A DNA stretch of 64,000 bases from Gemmataceae bacterium. Lineage in GTDB: Bacteria > Planctomycetota > Planctomycetia > Gemmatales > Gemmataceae. Below are positions 32,377 to 41,867 of the stretch, piece by piece. The notes under the pieces are model-generated. The model did no database searches. It saw nothing but the letters and a program-made list of their open reading frames with translations, and was not told the DNA's origin. Position 1 is the first letter of the stretch. Each line of letters opens with the position of its first letter. The stretch is taken from contig JAIBBI010000008.1 of the NCBI GenBank assembly GCA_019694755.1, positions 1-64,000 on the forward strand, given 5' to 3'. A program made the position numbers and the translations under genes.

Positions 32377-33405
32377 ATGAAGAAGCTCTCACTGGCAGTG
32401 GCACTGGCCCTCGGAGGGCTGGCTCAGGCTGAGCCGACCCGGACCTACACCTTCAGCATGCTCAAGGCACCCGCCGTGGACACGTTGCGGGCCAAGGCCG
32501 AAGCATGGACGAAGGACCCCGCCGTCCGCGACAAGGCCGCGAAGATCTGGGCCGACGCGGATCGCTCGTCGTTCGACCGTCTTGTCGAAGTGATCGCCTT
32601 GTCGCACCCCGAGGCGGCGGCCGCGCTGGCCGACGCCCGCGACCCGGCCAAGCCCGCTCCGAAAGAACTGCCGGCCTTCCTCAAGAACGCCACGGTCGAT
32701 CCGTTCGTGAAGGCGAACGTCGCACTGGCTTACGCTCGGGCCCTCTCAGGCAAACGGGTGTTCGAGGAGGCGCTGGAGGCACTCAAGTCGGCCACGCCCG
32801 AACTCGTGGCCGACCCGGCCAGTTACTACTTCCACAAGGCCGTCGCCGAGCACGCCCTCGTGCAGAAGTCGCCGGCCTTGATGTCGATTACCCGCTTGCT
32901 CGAAGACGTGTCCGATGTGCCGGAACGGTACAAGAATGTCTCCATCCTCATGCTGCTTGAAATGCAGTCGTGGAAGGATGAAGACAAGGACCTCGAAAAC
33001 ATCGCCCGGCTGATGGACAACATCGAACGCCGGCTCGACCTGGCCCGCGGCGGCCCCAAGACGCAGGAGATCCAGAAGAAAGTCATCAACCGCCTTGACG
33101 AGGTCATCAAGGAAGTCGAGAACCAGATCAAGAACGGCCAGTCCCAATGCCCCAGCGGTGGCCAGCCGGGTCAGGGCGGATCCAATCAGCCGTCCGCCCC
33201 GCAGAACGACAGTTTCGGCGGCAACAACGGCGGGCCCGGCGTCGTCGACTCCAAGAAGCTCAAGAACCTCGCCGAAAATTGGGGCAAGCTCCCCGAGAAG
33301 GAGCGGGCCAAGGCGATGATGGAAATCACCAAGGACCTGCCGCCCCGCTACCGCGAAGTGATCGAGAACTACTTCAAGACCCTGGCGAAGAGCCAGAATC
33401 CGTAA
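32377..33405 (+). CDS. Secreted protein with conserved C-terminal LPPxYxxxIxxYFxxLAK motif (hypothetical)
   Basis: Signal peptide MKKLSLAVALALGGLAQA. Gly/Gln/Pro-rich linker then ...GKLPEKERAKAMMEITKDLPPRYREVIENYFKTLAK. The same C-terminal module appears in the 1002-aa protein at 60942-63899. Confidence 0.55.
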   Translation: MKKLSLAVALALGGLAQAEPTRTYTFSMLKAPAVDTLRAKAEAWTKDPAVRDKAAKIWADADRSSFDRLVEVIALSHPEAAAALADARDPAKPAPKELPAFLKNATVDPFVKANVALAYARALSGKRVFEEALEALKSATPELVADPASYYFHKAVAEHALVQKSPALMSITRLLEDVSDVPERYKNVSILMLLEMQSWKDEDKDLENIARLMDNIERRLDLARGGPKTQEIQKKVINRLDEVIKEVENQIKNGQSQCPSGGQPGQGGSNQPSAPQNDSFGGNNGGPGVVDSKKLKNLAENWGKLPEKERAKAMMEITKDLPPRYREVIENYFKTLAKSQNP

Positions 33406-33424
33406 CAAGCTGCCCCACCTCCCT

Positions 33425-33463
33425 GACACGCACCCGGCCGGACCGATCGGCCGGGTGCGTGTC
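33425..33463 (+). terminator. 16-bp perfect stem-loop downstream of 32377-33405 gene
   Basis: GACACGCACCCGGCCG-gaccgat-CGGCCGGGTGCGTGTC followed by GCGTTTC. Weak U-tract. Confidence 0.45.
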
Positions 33464-33529
33464 GCGTTTCACGGCCCCCGAAAACCGCGCCACGCGTAGA
33501 ATCACTTCGCCGAATGTCGCGGAGAGTTC

Positions 33530-34450
33530 ATGGACCCGGCCCTGCTCGATCTTCACCACGTCAGCCGGACGTTCGGCCCGCTGACCGCGCTCGACGACGT
33601 GTCGCTGAATGTGCCGCCGGGCCGACTGGGGCTGCTCGGGCCCAACGGTGCGGGCAAATCCACGCTCCTCAAACTCCTGATGGGCCTGCTTCCGCCGACC
33701 ACCGGCAGCGGCACAGTACTCGGCCAGCCACTCGGCTGCTGGCGTCTCCGGCAGATGGTCGGCTTCATGCCCGAAGCCGACGCGCTCGTGCCCGGCCTGC
33801 AGGGCGTCGAGTACGTGGCCCTAGCCGGCGAACTTTACGGTATGCCCCGGTCGCAGGCCCGCCGACGTGCCCACGAAGTGCTTACTTATCTCGAACTCGA
33901 AGACGCCCGGTACCGCAAGCTCGAAGAGTACAGCACCGGCATGAAGCAGCGGATCAAACTGGCGCAGTCGCTGATCCACGACCCGCCCGCGCTGCTGCTC
34001 GATGAGCCGACCAGCGGCCTCGACCCGGCCGGGCGCGACGCCATGCTCCGTCTGTTACTCAAGCTCGGCCGGGATCACGGCAAGTCGCTGATCCTCTGCA
34101 CGCACCTGCTCGCCGATGTGGAACAGGTCTGCGATCAGGTGGTGATCCTCGACCGAGGTAAGGTCTGCCGGCAGGGGACCGTCGCCGAACTGTGTACGAC
34201 GCGGAAAGACCGGTATCGGCTTCAGGTCCAGGGCGACCCGGCCGGGTTCCTCGTGGGCTGCGAGGCCGCAGGCGTCGACGTACTGACCAACAATGGCCGA
34301 GGGGAATATCGCCTGACCGCGCCGCCGGGCTGGACGCCGCAGTCACTGTTTTCGCTGGCCGACCGGCACGGCACGGCAGTGCGCAGCCTCACCCGCGACG
34401 ACGAAACGCTCGAAGAAATGTTCCACCGGGTCATCAGCCATGACCAGTGA
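33530..34450 (+). CDS. ABC transporter ATP-binding protein (first of two)
   Basis: Walker A GPNGAGKST, signature YSTGMKQR, Walker B LLLDEPTSGLD, H-loop. Confidence 0.85.
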   Translation: MDPALLDLHHVSRTFGPLTALDDVSLNVPPGRLGLLGPNGAGKSTLLKLLMGLLPPTTGSGTVLGQPLGCWRLRQMVGFMPEADALVPGLQGVEYVALAGELYGMPRSQARRRAHEVLTYLELEDARYRKLEEYSTGMKQRIKLAQSLIHDPPALLLDEPTSGLDPAGRDAMLRLLLKLGRDHGKSLILCTHLLADVEQVCDQVVILDRGKVCRQGTVAELCTTRKDRYRLQVQGDPAGFLVGCEAAGVDVLTNNGRGEYRLTAPPGWTPQSLFSLADRHGTAVRSLTRDDETLEEMFHRVISHDQ

Positions 34451-35390
34451 TGCCCCGGTTTTCCATCCGGGCCACGCCAGCCCCGAGTCGCTGTTGCGCT
34501 ACCGCCCCTGGCGCGGGTCGCTGGGTGGGCCGTGGCGCGGTGCGCTGGCCGTCGCCCGGCTCAGCCTCGCCGGACTCATCCGCAGGAAGCTCGTCTGGGT
34601 GCTGCTCGCATTTGCCGCCCTGATCTTCCTGTCGTTCTTCTTCGGACAGTACCTGCTCATCTGGGCGGTCGGGCAGATCAACGAAGAAGAAGTCCGCGTC
34701 GCCGGCTTCCAGCGGGTGAACCCCAACAATCTCATCCGCGATCTGAACAAAGAGCTGAAGCTTAACGGCTCGGCCGAGACGTTTCGCAATTTGTTCTGGT
34801 ACGAGGGGTCGATCCTGATCGTGACGCTGGCATTCGTCGGCGCGCAGATCGTGGGCAATGACTTCCGTCACCGCAGCCTGCCGTTCTATCTTTCGAAGCC
34901 GCTCGCCGGTCGGCACTACATTGCCGGGAAGTGCCTGGCCGTCTCCGCGATCGTCCTGGCGGTCACCGCACTCCCCGCGATGATCCTGTTTATCGAATAT
35001 GGGCTTCTCGATGGTTGGGAGTACTTCTGGCGGTCGGGCCTGCTGTTCTTCGGCATCCTCGGCTACGGCGCGGTGCTGGCCGCAACGCTGAGTCTGCTCC
35101 TCGTCGCCGTCACGAGCACCGTGCAGAAGACCGCACCGCTGGTCATGGTGTGGTCGGCCATCTTCATTCTGATCCCGCGGGTCGCACAGTTTCTCGCCGT
35201 CGAGACGGCCAGCCCCAACTGGCGGCTGATTGACCTGTGGAACTGTGCCTACGTCGTCGGCAACCGGATGCTCGGCATTACGCTCGACAAGCAACCCTCG
35301 GCCGGGGCGTCGGCCGCGATCCTGATCGCCACCTGCGTATGCAGTGCGGTGATCCTCGCCCGCCGGGTCAAGGCCGTCGAAGTTGTCTAG
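34440..35390 (+). CDS. ABC-2 family transporter permease (first of two)
   Basis: Six predicted TMs. Overlaps the upstream ATPase gene by 11 nt. Confidence 0.65.
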   Translation: MTSDAPVFHPGHASPESLLRYRPWRGSLGGPWRGALAVARLSLAGLIRRKLVWVLLAFAALIFLSFFFGQYLLIWAVGQINEEEVRVAGFQRVNPNNLIRDLNKELKLNGSAETFRNLFWYEGSILIVTLAFVGAQIVGNDFRHRSLPFYLSKPLAGRHYIAGKCLAVSAIVLAVTALPAMILFIEYGLLDGWEYFWRSGLLFFGILGYGAVLAATLSLLLVAVTSTVQKTAPLVMVWSAIFILIPRVAQFLAVETASPNWRLIDLWNCAYVVGNRMLGITLDKQPSAGASAAILIATCVCSAVILARRVKAVEVV

Positions 35391-36369
35391 GAGCCCAACC
35401 GATATCCGAACCATGACCGAATCCGCCGCTGCTGCCGTCGACTCCCGCCTTCTCGCGTTCGAAGACGCGTCGAAGTGGTACGGGCCGGTGATCGGCGTCA
35501 ATCAAGTCTCGCTCGCACTCGGCCCGGGGATCACCGGCCTCGTAGGAGCAAATGGCGCGGGAAAGTCGACGCTTCTTAAACTCGCCACGGGGCAATTGAA
35601 GCCGGACCTCGGCTCGGTCAGCGTGTTCGGCGTCGACGCATGGGACTGGCGGGCAAAAGACTACTTCGGCTACTGCCCCGATGTTGACGCGTTTTACGAA
35701 GAGATGTCCGGCGCGGCATTCGTGCGGACCATCGCCCGGCTGTGCGGGTACAAAGCCGGCGAAGCGGCCGACCTCGCTTCGGCTGCGCTCGAGCGCGTGG
35801 GCATGACCGGCCGGGCGGGCCGGCGCATCCGCGGCTACTCGAAGGGCATGCGCCAGCGAATCAAGCTCGCGGCCGCGCTGATCCACGACCCGCCGCTCGT
35901 CGTGCTCGACGAACCGCTCTCGGGCATCGATCCGGTCGGCCGACGCGAATTCCTCGAACTGTTCCTGGCACTCGCCGGGCAGAATAAGTGCCTGCTCATC
36001 AGCAGCCATGAACTCGAAGCCCTCGAGAAACTGACCGACCACGTCGCCGTAATGGCCCGCGGCCGAATGGTCGCCGTCGGCACGCTGGCCACCATCCGCG
36101 ACCTGTTCGAGGACATGCCGCTCTCCGTCCGTATCGACTGCCCCGAGTGCCGGCAGTTGGCGGCCCGGCTGATCACCTGGGACGAAGTGGCCGGCCTCGA
36201 TGCCGGCTCCGATTCACTGATCGTGCGAGCCCGCAACCCCCGGCAATTCTTCCGCGCGTTTACCCGACTCGTCTGCGACGAGGGGATCGCAGTCTCCCAT
36301 TTCGAGCCGCTCGACGACTCCGCCCACGCCATCCTGGGTTACCTGCTCGGCGGGATCGGCAAGACGTGA
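35383..36369 (+). CDS. ABC transporter ATP-binding protein (second of two)
   Basis: Walker A GANGAGKST, signature YSKGMRQR, Walker B VVLDEPLSGID. Start may be the internal ATG at 35413. Confidence 0.85.
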   Translation: MSRSPTDIRTMTESAAAAVDSRLLAFEDASKWYGPVIGVNQVSLALGPGITGLVGANGAGKSTLLKLATGQLKPDLGSVSVFGVDAWDWRAKDYFGYCPDVDAFYEEMSGAAFVRTIARLCGYKAGEAADLASAALERVGMTGRAGRRIRGYSKGMRQRIKLAAALIHDPPLVVLDEPLSGIDPVGRREFLELFLALAGQNKCLLISSHELEALEKLTDHVAVMARGRMVAVGTLATIRDLFEDMPLSVRIDCPECRQLAARLITWDEVAGLDAGSDSLIVRARNPRQFFRAFTRLVCDEGIAVSHFEPLDDSAHAILGYLLGGIGKT

Positions 36370-37400
36370 ACGCACCCCTTTCACCTCAAACACCCCCGCG
36401 TGTTCTCCGCGACCGCTCGCTACTCCGGGCATGGCTCGCGCTCGTGATGCTCTCCATCCGTCGCCTCGGCCGGGCGCGGATGATGGTGTTCGTCGCCCTC
36501 GGGCTCCTGGGCGTCGCGCTCGTGCTCGTCGCGGGCAAGACGGCGCAGACCGGTTGGTCGATCGGGAACCTCCGATACTCCTACCCCGCGCCGAAGTTTG
36601 CCGGGTTCACGTTGCCGCGGGTGAAAACCAAAGACGGGCGCGACCCGTTCCGTGTCCAGGTCACTTATGGAATTGTCGGCGAGCATCTCGACATGATCCC
36701 GTCGCTCGCGCCCTGGGCCCCGCCCGAGGCGGCGATGCTCTCGGCCGCGGCGGCCGGCTACCGAGGCACGCTGAAGGCCTCCGGCATCGTCGTGTACACC
36801 CGGGCGATGCTCTTCACAATGTTCCTCGGGTTCCTGCTGCCGGTCTGGTGCCTGAGTTTTGCCACCGAGTCGCTGGGTGGCGAACTTGAGTCGCGGTCGC
36901 TGGTCTGGCTGCTGACCCGGCCGATCCCCCGCTGGTCGATCTACCTGGCGAAGTATCTGGCGATCCTGCCGTGGGCGATGGTGTTTTCGCTCGGCGGATT
37001 CTGGCTGATGGGCCGGTCGGCCGGGCCGGCCGGGCGGATCGCGTTCACCCTGTATTGGCCCGCGATCGCGCTGGGGACGCTGGCATTTACAAGTCTGTTT
37101 CACTTGATCGCGGCGACGAGCCGCCGGCCCACCGTGGTCGGGTTGGTCTATTGTTTCTTCCTCGAGACCTTGCTCGGCGACATGCCGGGACTGATGAAGC
37201 GCGTCAGCGTAAGCTATTATGTAAGGTGTCTGATCTTCGATGCGGCCGGGGGGCTGGGGCTGCAGCCGGACAAGCCGGCGGTTTATCAACCAGTGAGCGG
37301 GACGACGGCCGCGGCCGTGCTCGTCGGCGTCACTGTGGGGGCCCTGATCCTCGGCATGATCCGGTTCAGCCGGGCCGAGTACCGCGACGACGCGACCTGA
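36366..37400 (+). CDS. ABC-2 family transporter permease (second of two)
   Basis: Multi-TM protein. Proposed GTG start at 36366 overlapping the ATPase stop (GTGA). The ORF-track start at 36147 lies inside the ATPase gene and is rejected. Confidence 0.55.
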   Translation: MNAPLSPQTPPRVLRDRSLLRAWLALVMLSIRRLGRARMMVFVALGLLGVALVLVAGKTAQTGWSIGNLRYSYPAPKFAGFTLPRVKTKDGRDPFRVQVTYGIVGEHLDMIPSLAPWAPPEAAMLSAAAAGYRGTLKASGIVVYTRAMLFTMFLGFLLPVWCLSFATESLGGELESRSLVWLLTRPIPRWSIYLAKYLAILPWAMVFSLGGFWLMGRSAGPAGRIAFTLYWPAIALGTLAFTSLFHLIAATSRRPTVVGLVYCFFLETLLGDMPGLMKRVSVSYYVRCLIFDAAGGLGLQPDKPAVYQPVSGTTAAAVLVGVTVGALILGMIRFSRAEYRDDAT

Positions 37401-37404
37401 CGGA

Positions 37405-38109
37405 GTGACCATGCCGGCGACCGCGACCACCGACCCGACTCCCCGCCACGGCGACCGCGGCACCGCCGCCTCGGTAGGCCCACGGTTTCCGCGTACTCTG
37501 ACCATCGCCATCAGCCGGCAGTCCGGCGCACGCGGCGGCTCGATCGCTAAGCGAGTCGGCCGGCTGCTCGGCTGGCAGTACGTCGATCAGGACCTCATGG
37601 AGTTCATCGCCCAGCAGGGTGTGCCGTCCGGCGACGAGATGTCGGCCGCGGCACGGGCGTGGGCCGACCGGAGACTCGAAGAACTCCGCGTGGCCGGGAA
37701 CCTCGGTAGCGACCCGCAGGCGACCCATTTCGCCCGAGTGATCCTTACGCTCGGTGCCAACGGCGAGGTCGTGCTGCTGGGCCGGGGCTCGGGCCACATT
37801 CTGCCGACCGCCAGCACACTGCATGTCCGCGTGATTGCCCCTCGGGCCGACCGCATCGCTTATTTCAGCCAATGGCAGCGGCTGACCCCCGCCGAGGCCG
37901 AGCGCGAGGTCGATACCCGCGACCAGAAGCGGGCTCAGTACCTTCTCGATCAGTTCGGCGTCGACGCGGCCGACCCGGTGCATTACCACTTCGTGCTCAA
38001 CTCCAGTCTGCTTGGAGTTGAGATGTGTGCCGACCTGATCGCCCAGGCCGCCCGCGCTCGTCTGATGAGCGAAGAGTCCACCCCGGCCGACGAGCCAGCC
38101 CACGGATGA
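37405..38109 (+). CDS. Cytidylate-kinase-like family protein (P-loop)
   Basis: IAISRQSGARGGSIAKRVGRLLGWQYVDQDL resembles the cytidylate kinase-like family N-terminus as I recall it. Function unknown. Confidence 0.5.
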   Translation: MTMPATATTDPTPRHGDRGTAASVGPRFPRTLTIAISRQSGARGGSIAKRVGRLLGWQYVDQDLMEFIAQQGVPSGDEMSAAARAWADRRLEELRVAGNLGSDPQATHFARVILTLGANGEVVLLGRGSGHILPTASTLHVRVIAPRADRIAYFSQWQRLTPAEAEREVDTRDQKRAQYLLDQFGVDAADPVHYHFVLNSSLLGVEMCADLIAQAARARLMSEESTPADEPAHG

Positions 38110-38903
38110 CCGGCGTCTCTTACTCCGAGTTCACCGCGGCCGTGCAAGCGTTGCCCGAGCGGCCCATCGCTTTCGTGCTGGGGTCCGGCCTTGGTCCGGT
38201 CACCGCCAACATGACCTTCCGCTGTGCCGTCGGCTTTGCCGACATCCCGGGGATGGTCGCGCCGACGGTGTCCGGCCACGGCGGGCAACTCACGCTCGGC
38301 GAGTGGGCCGGCCGGCCGGCACTCGTGTTCACCGGCCGGCTGCACTACTACGAAGGCAACCCCTGGGCCCGCGTCGTCCGGCCCATGGAAGTCCTCGCCG
38401 AACTCGGCGCCCGGGCGGTGATTCTGACCAATGCCGCGGGTGGCATCAACACCGCATTCGCGGCCGGCAGCCTGATGCTCCTGACGGACCATCTCGAGTG
38501 GAACCACCCGCGGCACTGGCTGTCGCCCGGGCCTGGCACCCGGCCTTCACCGTACAGCCTGGAACTCGGGCAGCAACTCCTGGCGGCCGCCGCAGTGAGT
38601 GACGTGCAACTCCACCGCGGAGTGTATGCGGCCGTCACCGGGCCGACCTACGAGACCCCAGCCGAGGTGCTGGCACTGAAAGCCTGCGGGGCGGACGCCG
38701 TCGGCATGTCGACGGCGCGCGAGGCATCGCGGTGTGCCGAGTTGGGGCTGCCCGTGGCCGCGATCTCCTGCGTCGCGAACCTCGCGGCCGGGTTGAGCCC
38801 GACGCCCCTGAGCCATCGCGAAGTGCTTGAGGCGGTCGCCGCCAGTGCGGGCCGGCTGGGCAGGATTCTCGAGCAGTTTCTCGTCACGTTGCCCAAAGTG
38901 TAA
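38106..38903 (+). CDS. Purine nucleoside phosphorylase / MTA phosphorylase family protein
   Basis: PNP/MTAP-fold motifs (VLGSGLG..., VSGHGG, TNAAGG, MSTAREA). ATGA overlap with the upstream gene. Confidence 0.75.
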   Translation: MTGVSYSEFTAAVQALPERPIAFVLGSGLGPVTANMTFRCAVGFADIPGMVAPTVSGHGGQLTLGEWAGRPALVFTGRLHYYEGNPWARVVRPMEVLAELGARAVILTNAAGGINTAFAAGSLMLLTDHLEWNHPRHWLSPGPGTRPSPYSLELGQQLLAAAAVSDVQLHRGVYAAVTGPTYETPAEVLALKACGADAVGMSTAREASRCAELGLPVAAISCVANLAAGLSPTPLSHREVLEAVAASAGRLGRILEQFLVTLPKV

Positions 38904-39756
38904 TCAGCGCGATCTCGGGCCGGGACCGGAACCGGAACGGCAGGCTGACCGTACCGATTCCCCGCGACACGTAGACGGGCGTCGTCGGCCCCTGGACCAG
39001 CCCTTTCAGGTATTTCGCCCCATACTTCGAAGGCACCTGCGGCGGAATGAACGGCAGCAGGACCTGCCCGCCGTGCAGGTGTCCGCACAATGCAAGCCGG
39101 ACGCGCGGGTCGGCGACACGTTCTTCGATGTAGTCCGGATTGTGACAGAGAAGGATGGCAACATCGTCCGGCCCGCAGTCGCCGAGGGCTGCTTGAAGGT
39201 CGGGTCGGCCACACCAGTGGTCGTCGACGCCGGCAAGGCGGATGCGTGAATCGCCGCGGTTCAGCCACGCACCGCGATTGCACAGATCGTGAATCTGGGT
39301 ATGGCTGATCGCGGCGTAATACCTCCGGATATTCTCCCAGTAGTCATGATTGCCGGGCACGCTCCAGACACCGAAAGGCGCGGTCAGTTCATTCAGCGCG
39401 GCCAGGCACGGCAGGAAATAGTCGTCACCCGTCCGGCCATGGACGTAGTCCCCGCCGAGCAGGATCAGATCGGGCTTCAGTGCGTTGGTGGCAGCGACCA
39501 CCCGGCGGACGAAATCGATGCCGGTGTAATTGCCGTGATGGATGTCGGTGAGAAATGCAATAGTGAGCCCATCGAAGACCGGCGGCAGGCCGGGCACGCG
39601 GATGCGCGGCCTCGTGACTTGAAGCCAGAACGTTTCGCCGAACCCGTACGCCACCGCCGCGACGCAGGACGCGAAAGCCGTGCGGACGATCCGCCGGATC
39701 CAGCCTCGGCGTGTGAGTTTACGGGTCGGTCCCATCGGCCGGTATTGTAGCAGCAC
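38884..39756 (-). CDS. Calcineurin-like metallophosphoesterase
   Basis: GDYVHG, GNHD, GHLH metal-binding motifs. N-terminal TM/signal. Start GTG 39756 or ATG 39735. Confidence 0.7.
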   Translation of the reverse strand: MLLQYRPMGPTRKLTRRGWIRRIVRTAFASCVAAVAYGFGETFWLQVTRPRIRVPGLPPVFDGLTIAFLTDIHHGNYTGIDFVRRVVAATNALKPDLILLGGDYVHGRTGDDYFLPCLAALNELTAPFGVWSVPGNHDYWENIRRYYAAISHTQIHDLCNRGAWLNRGDSRIRLAGVDDHWCGRPDLQAALGDCGPDDVAILLCHNPDYIEERVADPRVRLALCGHLHGGQVLLPFIPPQVPSKYGAKYLKGLVQGPTTPVYVSRGIGTVSLPFRFRSRPEIALITLWAT

Positions 39757-39857
39757 GCCCGACCGGAATATTGCTCTGGCACGAATCCGGGACGACGTAT
39801 ATTCTCAGGCCCCCGCGGAAGGATTCCGCGCCGTGATTGAGTTCCAGGGACCGGACA

Positions 39858-40655
39858 ATGGCGATTCATCCGTCGGCAATCATCGACCCTTCCGCCCGCC
39901 TTGCTCCCGATGTCACCATCGGAGCCTTCGCCGTGATTGACGGGCCGGTGGAACTCGGCGCCGGTTGCGTTGTCGAACCGCACGCCCACCTGATCGGGCC
40001 GATGACCGCCGGTCCGGGCAACCACTTCGGCCGGGGCTGCGTGATCGGCGGGGCCCCGCAGCACCTCGCGGCCGACGGAGTCGGGGCCGACGTGGTTATC
40101 GGAGCCAAGAACACCTTCCGGGAATACGTGACAGTCAATCGCGGCAGCGGCCCGGGCAAGCTCACCCGCGTGGGCGATGGCAACTACCTGATGACCGGCA
40201 GCCACGTCGGCCACGACGCCATCGTCGGAAATCGCTGCATCTTTGCCAACAACGCCCTGCTTGCCGGTCACGTCGTCGTCAGCGATAACGTGTTCATTTC
40301 CGGCAACGCGGCGGTTCACCAGTTCTGCCGGGTCGGCCGGCTAGCCATGCTCGGCGGCGTTTCCGCCGCGACGCAGGACCTGCTGCCGTTCATGCTGCAT
40401 CAAGGCCATAACCAGGTCTTCGGGGCCAACGTCGTCGGCATGCGGCGTGCGGGAATGTCGCCCTTCGAGATCAGCGCGGTCCGGCAGGCCTTCCGGTTCA
40501 TCGCCATGAGCGGCGACCTGATTCCCGTGGCCCTCGAACGCTGTGCCCGCGAACTGGCCAATTCCTCGGCCGTCCGCGAAATCATCGACTTTGCCAACGC
40601 CACGAAGCGCGGGATCGTCGCAGACATCGGCCGCACCGAACGCCGGGCCGCCTGA
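39858..40655 (+). CDS. lpxA: Acyl-ACP:UDP-N-acetylglucosamine O-acyltransferase LpxA
   Basis: Left-handed beta-helix hexapeptide repeats plus C-terminal helical domain, collinear with E. coli LpxA (HxxxxD...GHDAIVGN). Confidence 0.85.
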   Translation: MAIHPSAIIDPSARLAPDVTIGAFAVIDGPVELGAGCVVEPHAHLIGPMTAGPGNHFGRGCVIGGAPQHLAADGVGADVVIGAKNTFREYVTVNRGSGPGKLTRVGDGNYLMTGSHVGHDAIVGNRCIFANNALLAGHVVVSDNVFISGNAAVHQFCRVGRLAMLGGVSAATQDLLPFMLHQGHNQVFGANVVGMRRAGMSPFEISAVRQAFRFIAMSGDLIPVALERCARELANSSAVREIIDFANATKRGIVADIGRTERRAA

Positions 40656-40657
40656 GC

Positions 40658-41818
40658 GTGTCGGGCCAAAAGCTCCACGACTGGGCACGGGACTTCGCGA
40701 TGCCGGTGGCCATCGGCCTCTGGGTCGCCTGCACTGCCGTCTGTGCCGTCGGAGCGATCACCAGGCCGCACTCCCACACCGTCTACCCCATCTACACCTA
40801 CGCCGCCCGCGCCTGGCAACAGGGCGAGGACCTGTACGTCTGCGTTCCCGAGTTCGATTTCTACCGCTACTGTCCCACGTTCGCCGCGCTGACTTCTTTG
40901 CTGCTGCCTCTCGGCGAAGGGTGGGGCGGTGCGGCATGGCGCGTGCTCGGCGTCGTGACACTGGCCGCGGGATTGCACCGCTGGTGCCGGGTCATTGCCG
41001 CCGGGGATTCGCCGGCCCTGCGCGGCCTCGTGTTTCTCCTCATCGTCCCGTTCATGATTCAGAACGTCCACAACGGTCAGGTCAACGTCCTGATCCTGGG
41101 GGCATTGTTGCTCGGTACAGCCGACGCGCAGGAGGACCGGCTCGCGCGCTCGGCCGGGTGGTTCGCCGCGGCGATCCTGATCAAGCCGTACCTCATCGCC
41201 GTCGCCGGCCTTGTCATCCTCACCCGCCCTCGGCTCGCGCCCCGGCTCGGCCTGGCACTAGTAGCAGGTCTCGCAGTCTCGTTCCTGTTTCAGAAGCCCG
41301 GCTATGTGATCGAGACCCATCTCGATTGGTTGCACCACCTGACCGGCAACGACCGGTCCACCGCCAGCATTCGCGAGCAGTACCGCGATTTGGGCATAGT
41401 GATCCGGATGTACATTGGCCCGATTCCGCCCGTGGCCGTGCTGGCGATCTCTGCCGTCGCGGGAATCGGCCTCGCAGCGCTCACCTGTGTCAGGAAGCTT
41501 GACCTGCAGACTGCCTTCGATCTCGGTTGCTGTTGGGCAACGCTGTTCGGCCCCGCGACCGAATCGTGTACTTACTTGTTGCTCGCCCCCACGGCGATCG
41601 ATCGCGTCCTCAGCCAACCTGGTGCCGCGGGTTTCTGGCCGAGATTGAGCTATTCGCTGCTGGTGGGCGCGACGTGCGCGGCATTCTTCCCGAACGGCTG
41701 GCAGGTGCAGGCGGCCGGCCCGCAACCGATCGCCGCGGCCATCCTGCTGGCGCATCTGGTGGCCGGCGCGTGTCGCCGCCCGGTCGGACGTGCGGTCCCC
41801 ATCCGCCGGGCCGCCTAG
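40658..41818 (+). CDS. Polytopic membrane protein, DUF2029/GT87-like (possible GT-C glycosyltransferase)
   Basis: About 10 TMs. GTG start overlapping the lpxA stop. The family assignment is from overall topology and loop motifs only. Confidence 0.4.
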   Translation: MSGQKLHDWARDFAMPVAIGLWVACTAVCAVGAITRPHSHTVYPIYTYAARAWQQGEDLYVCVPEFDFYRYCPTFAALTSLLLPLGEGWGGAAWRVLGVVTLAAGLHRWCRVIAAGDSPALRGLVFLLIVPFMIQNVHNGQVNVLILGALLLGTADAQEDRLARSAGWFAAAILIKPYLIAVAGLVILTRPRLAPRLGLALVAGLAVSFLFQKPGYVIETHLDWLHHLTGNDRSTASIREQYRDLGIVIRMYIGPIPPVAVLAISAVAGIGLAALTCVRKLDLQTAFDLGCCWATLFGPATESCTYLLLAPTAIDRVLSQPGAAGFWPRLSYSLLVGATCAAFFPNGWQVQAAGPQPIAAAILLAHLVAGACRRPVGRAVPIRRAA

Positions 41819-41867
41819 CACGCGGACTGGTAATCCGTGTGAAGAACAGGTAAAATAAGGGTTCCGA

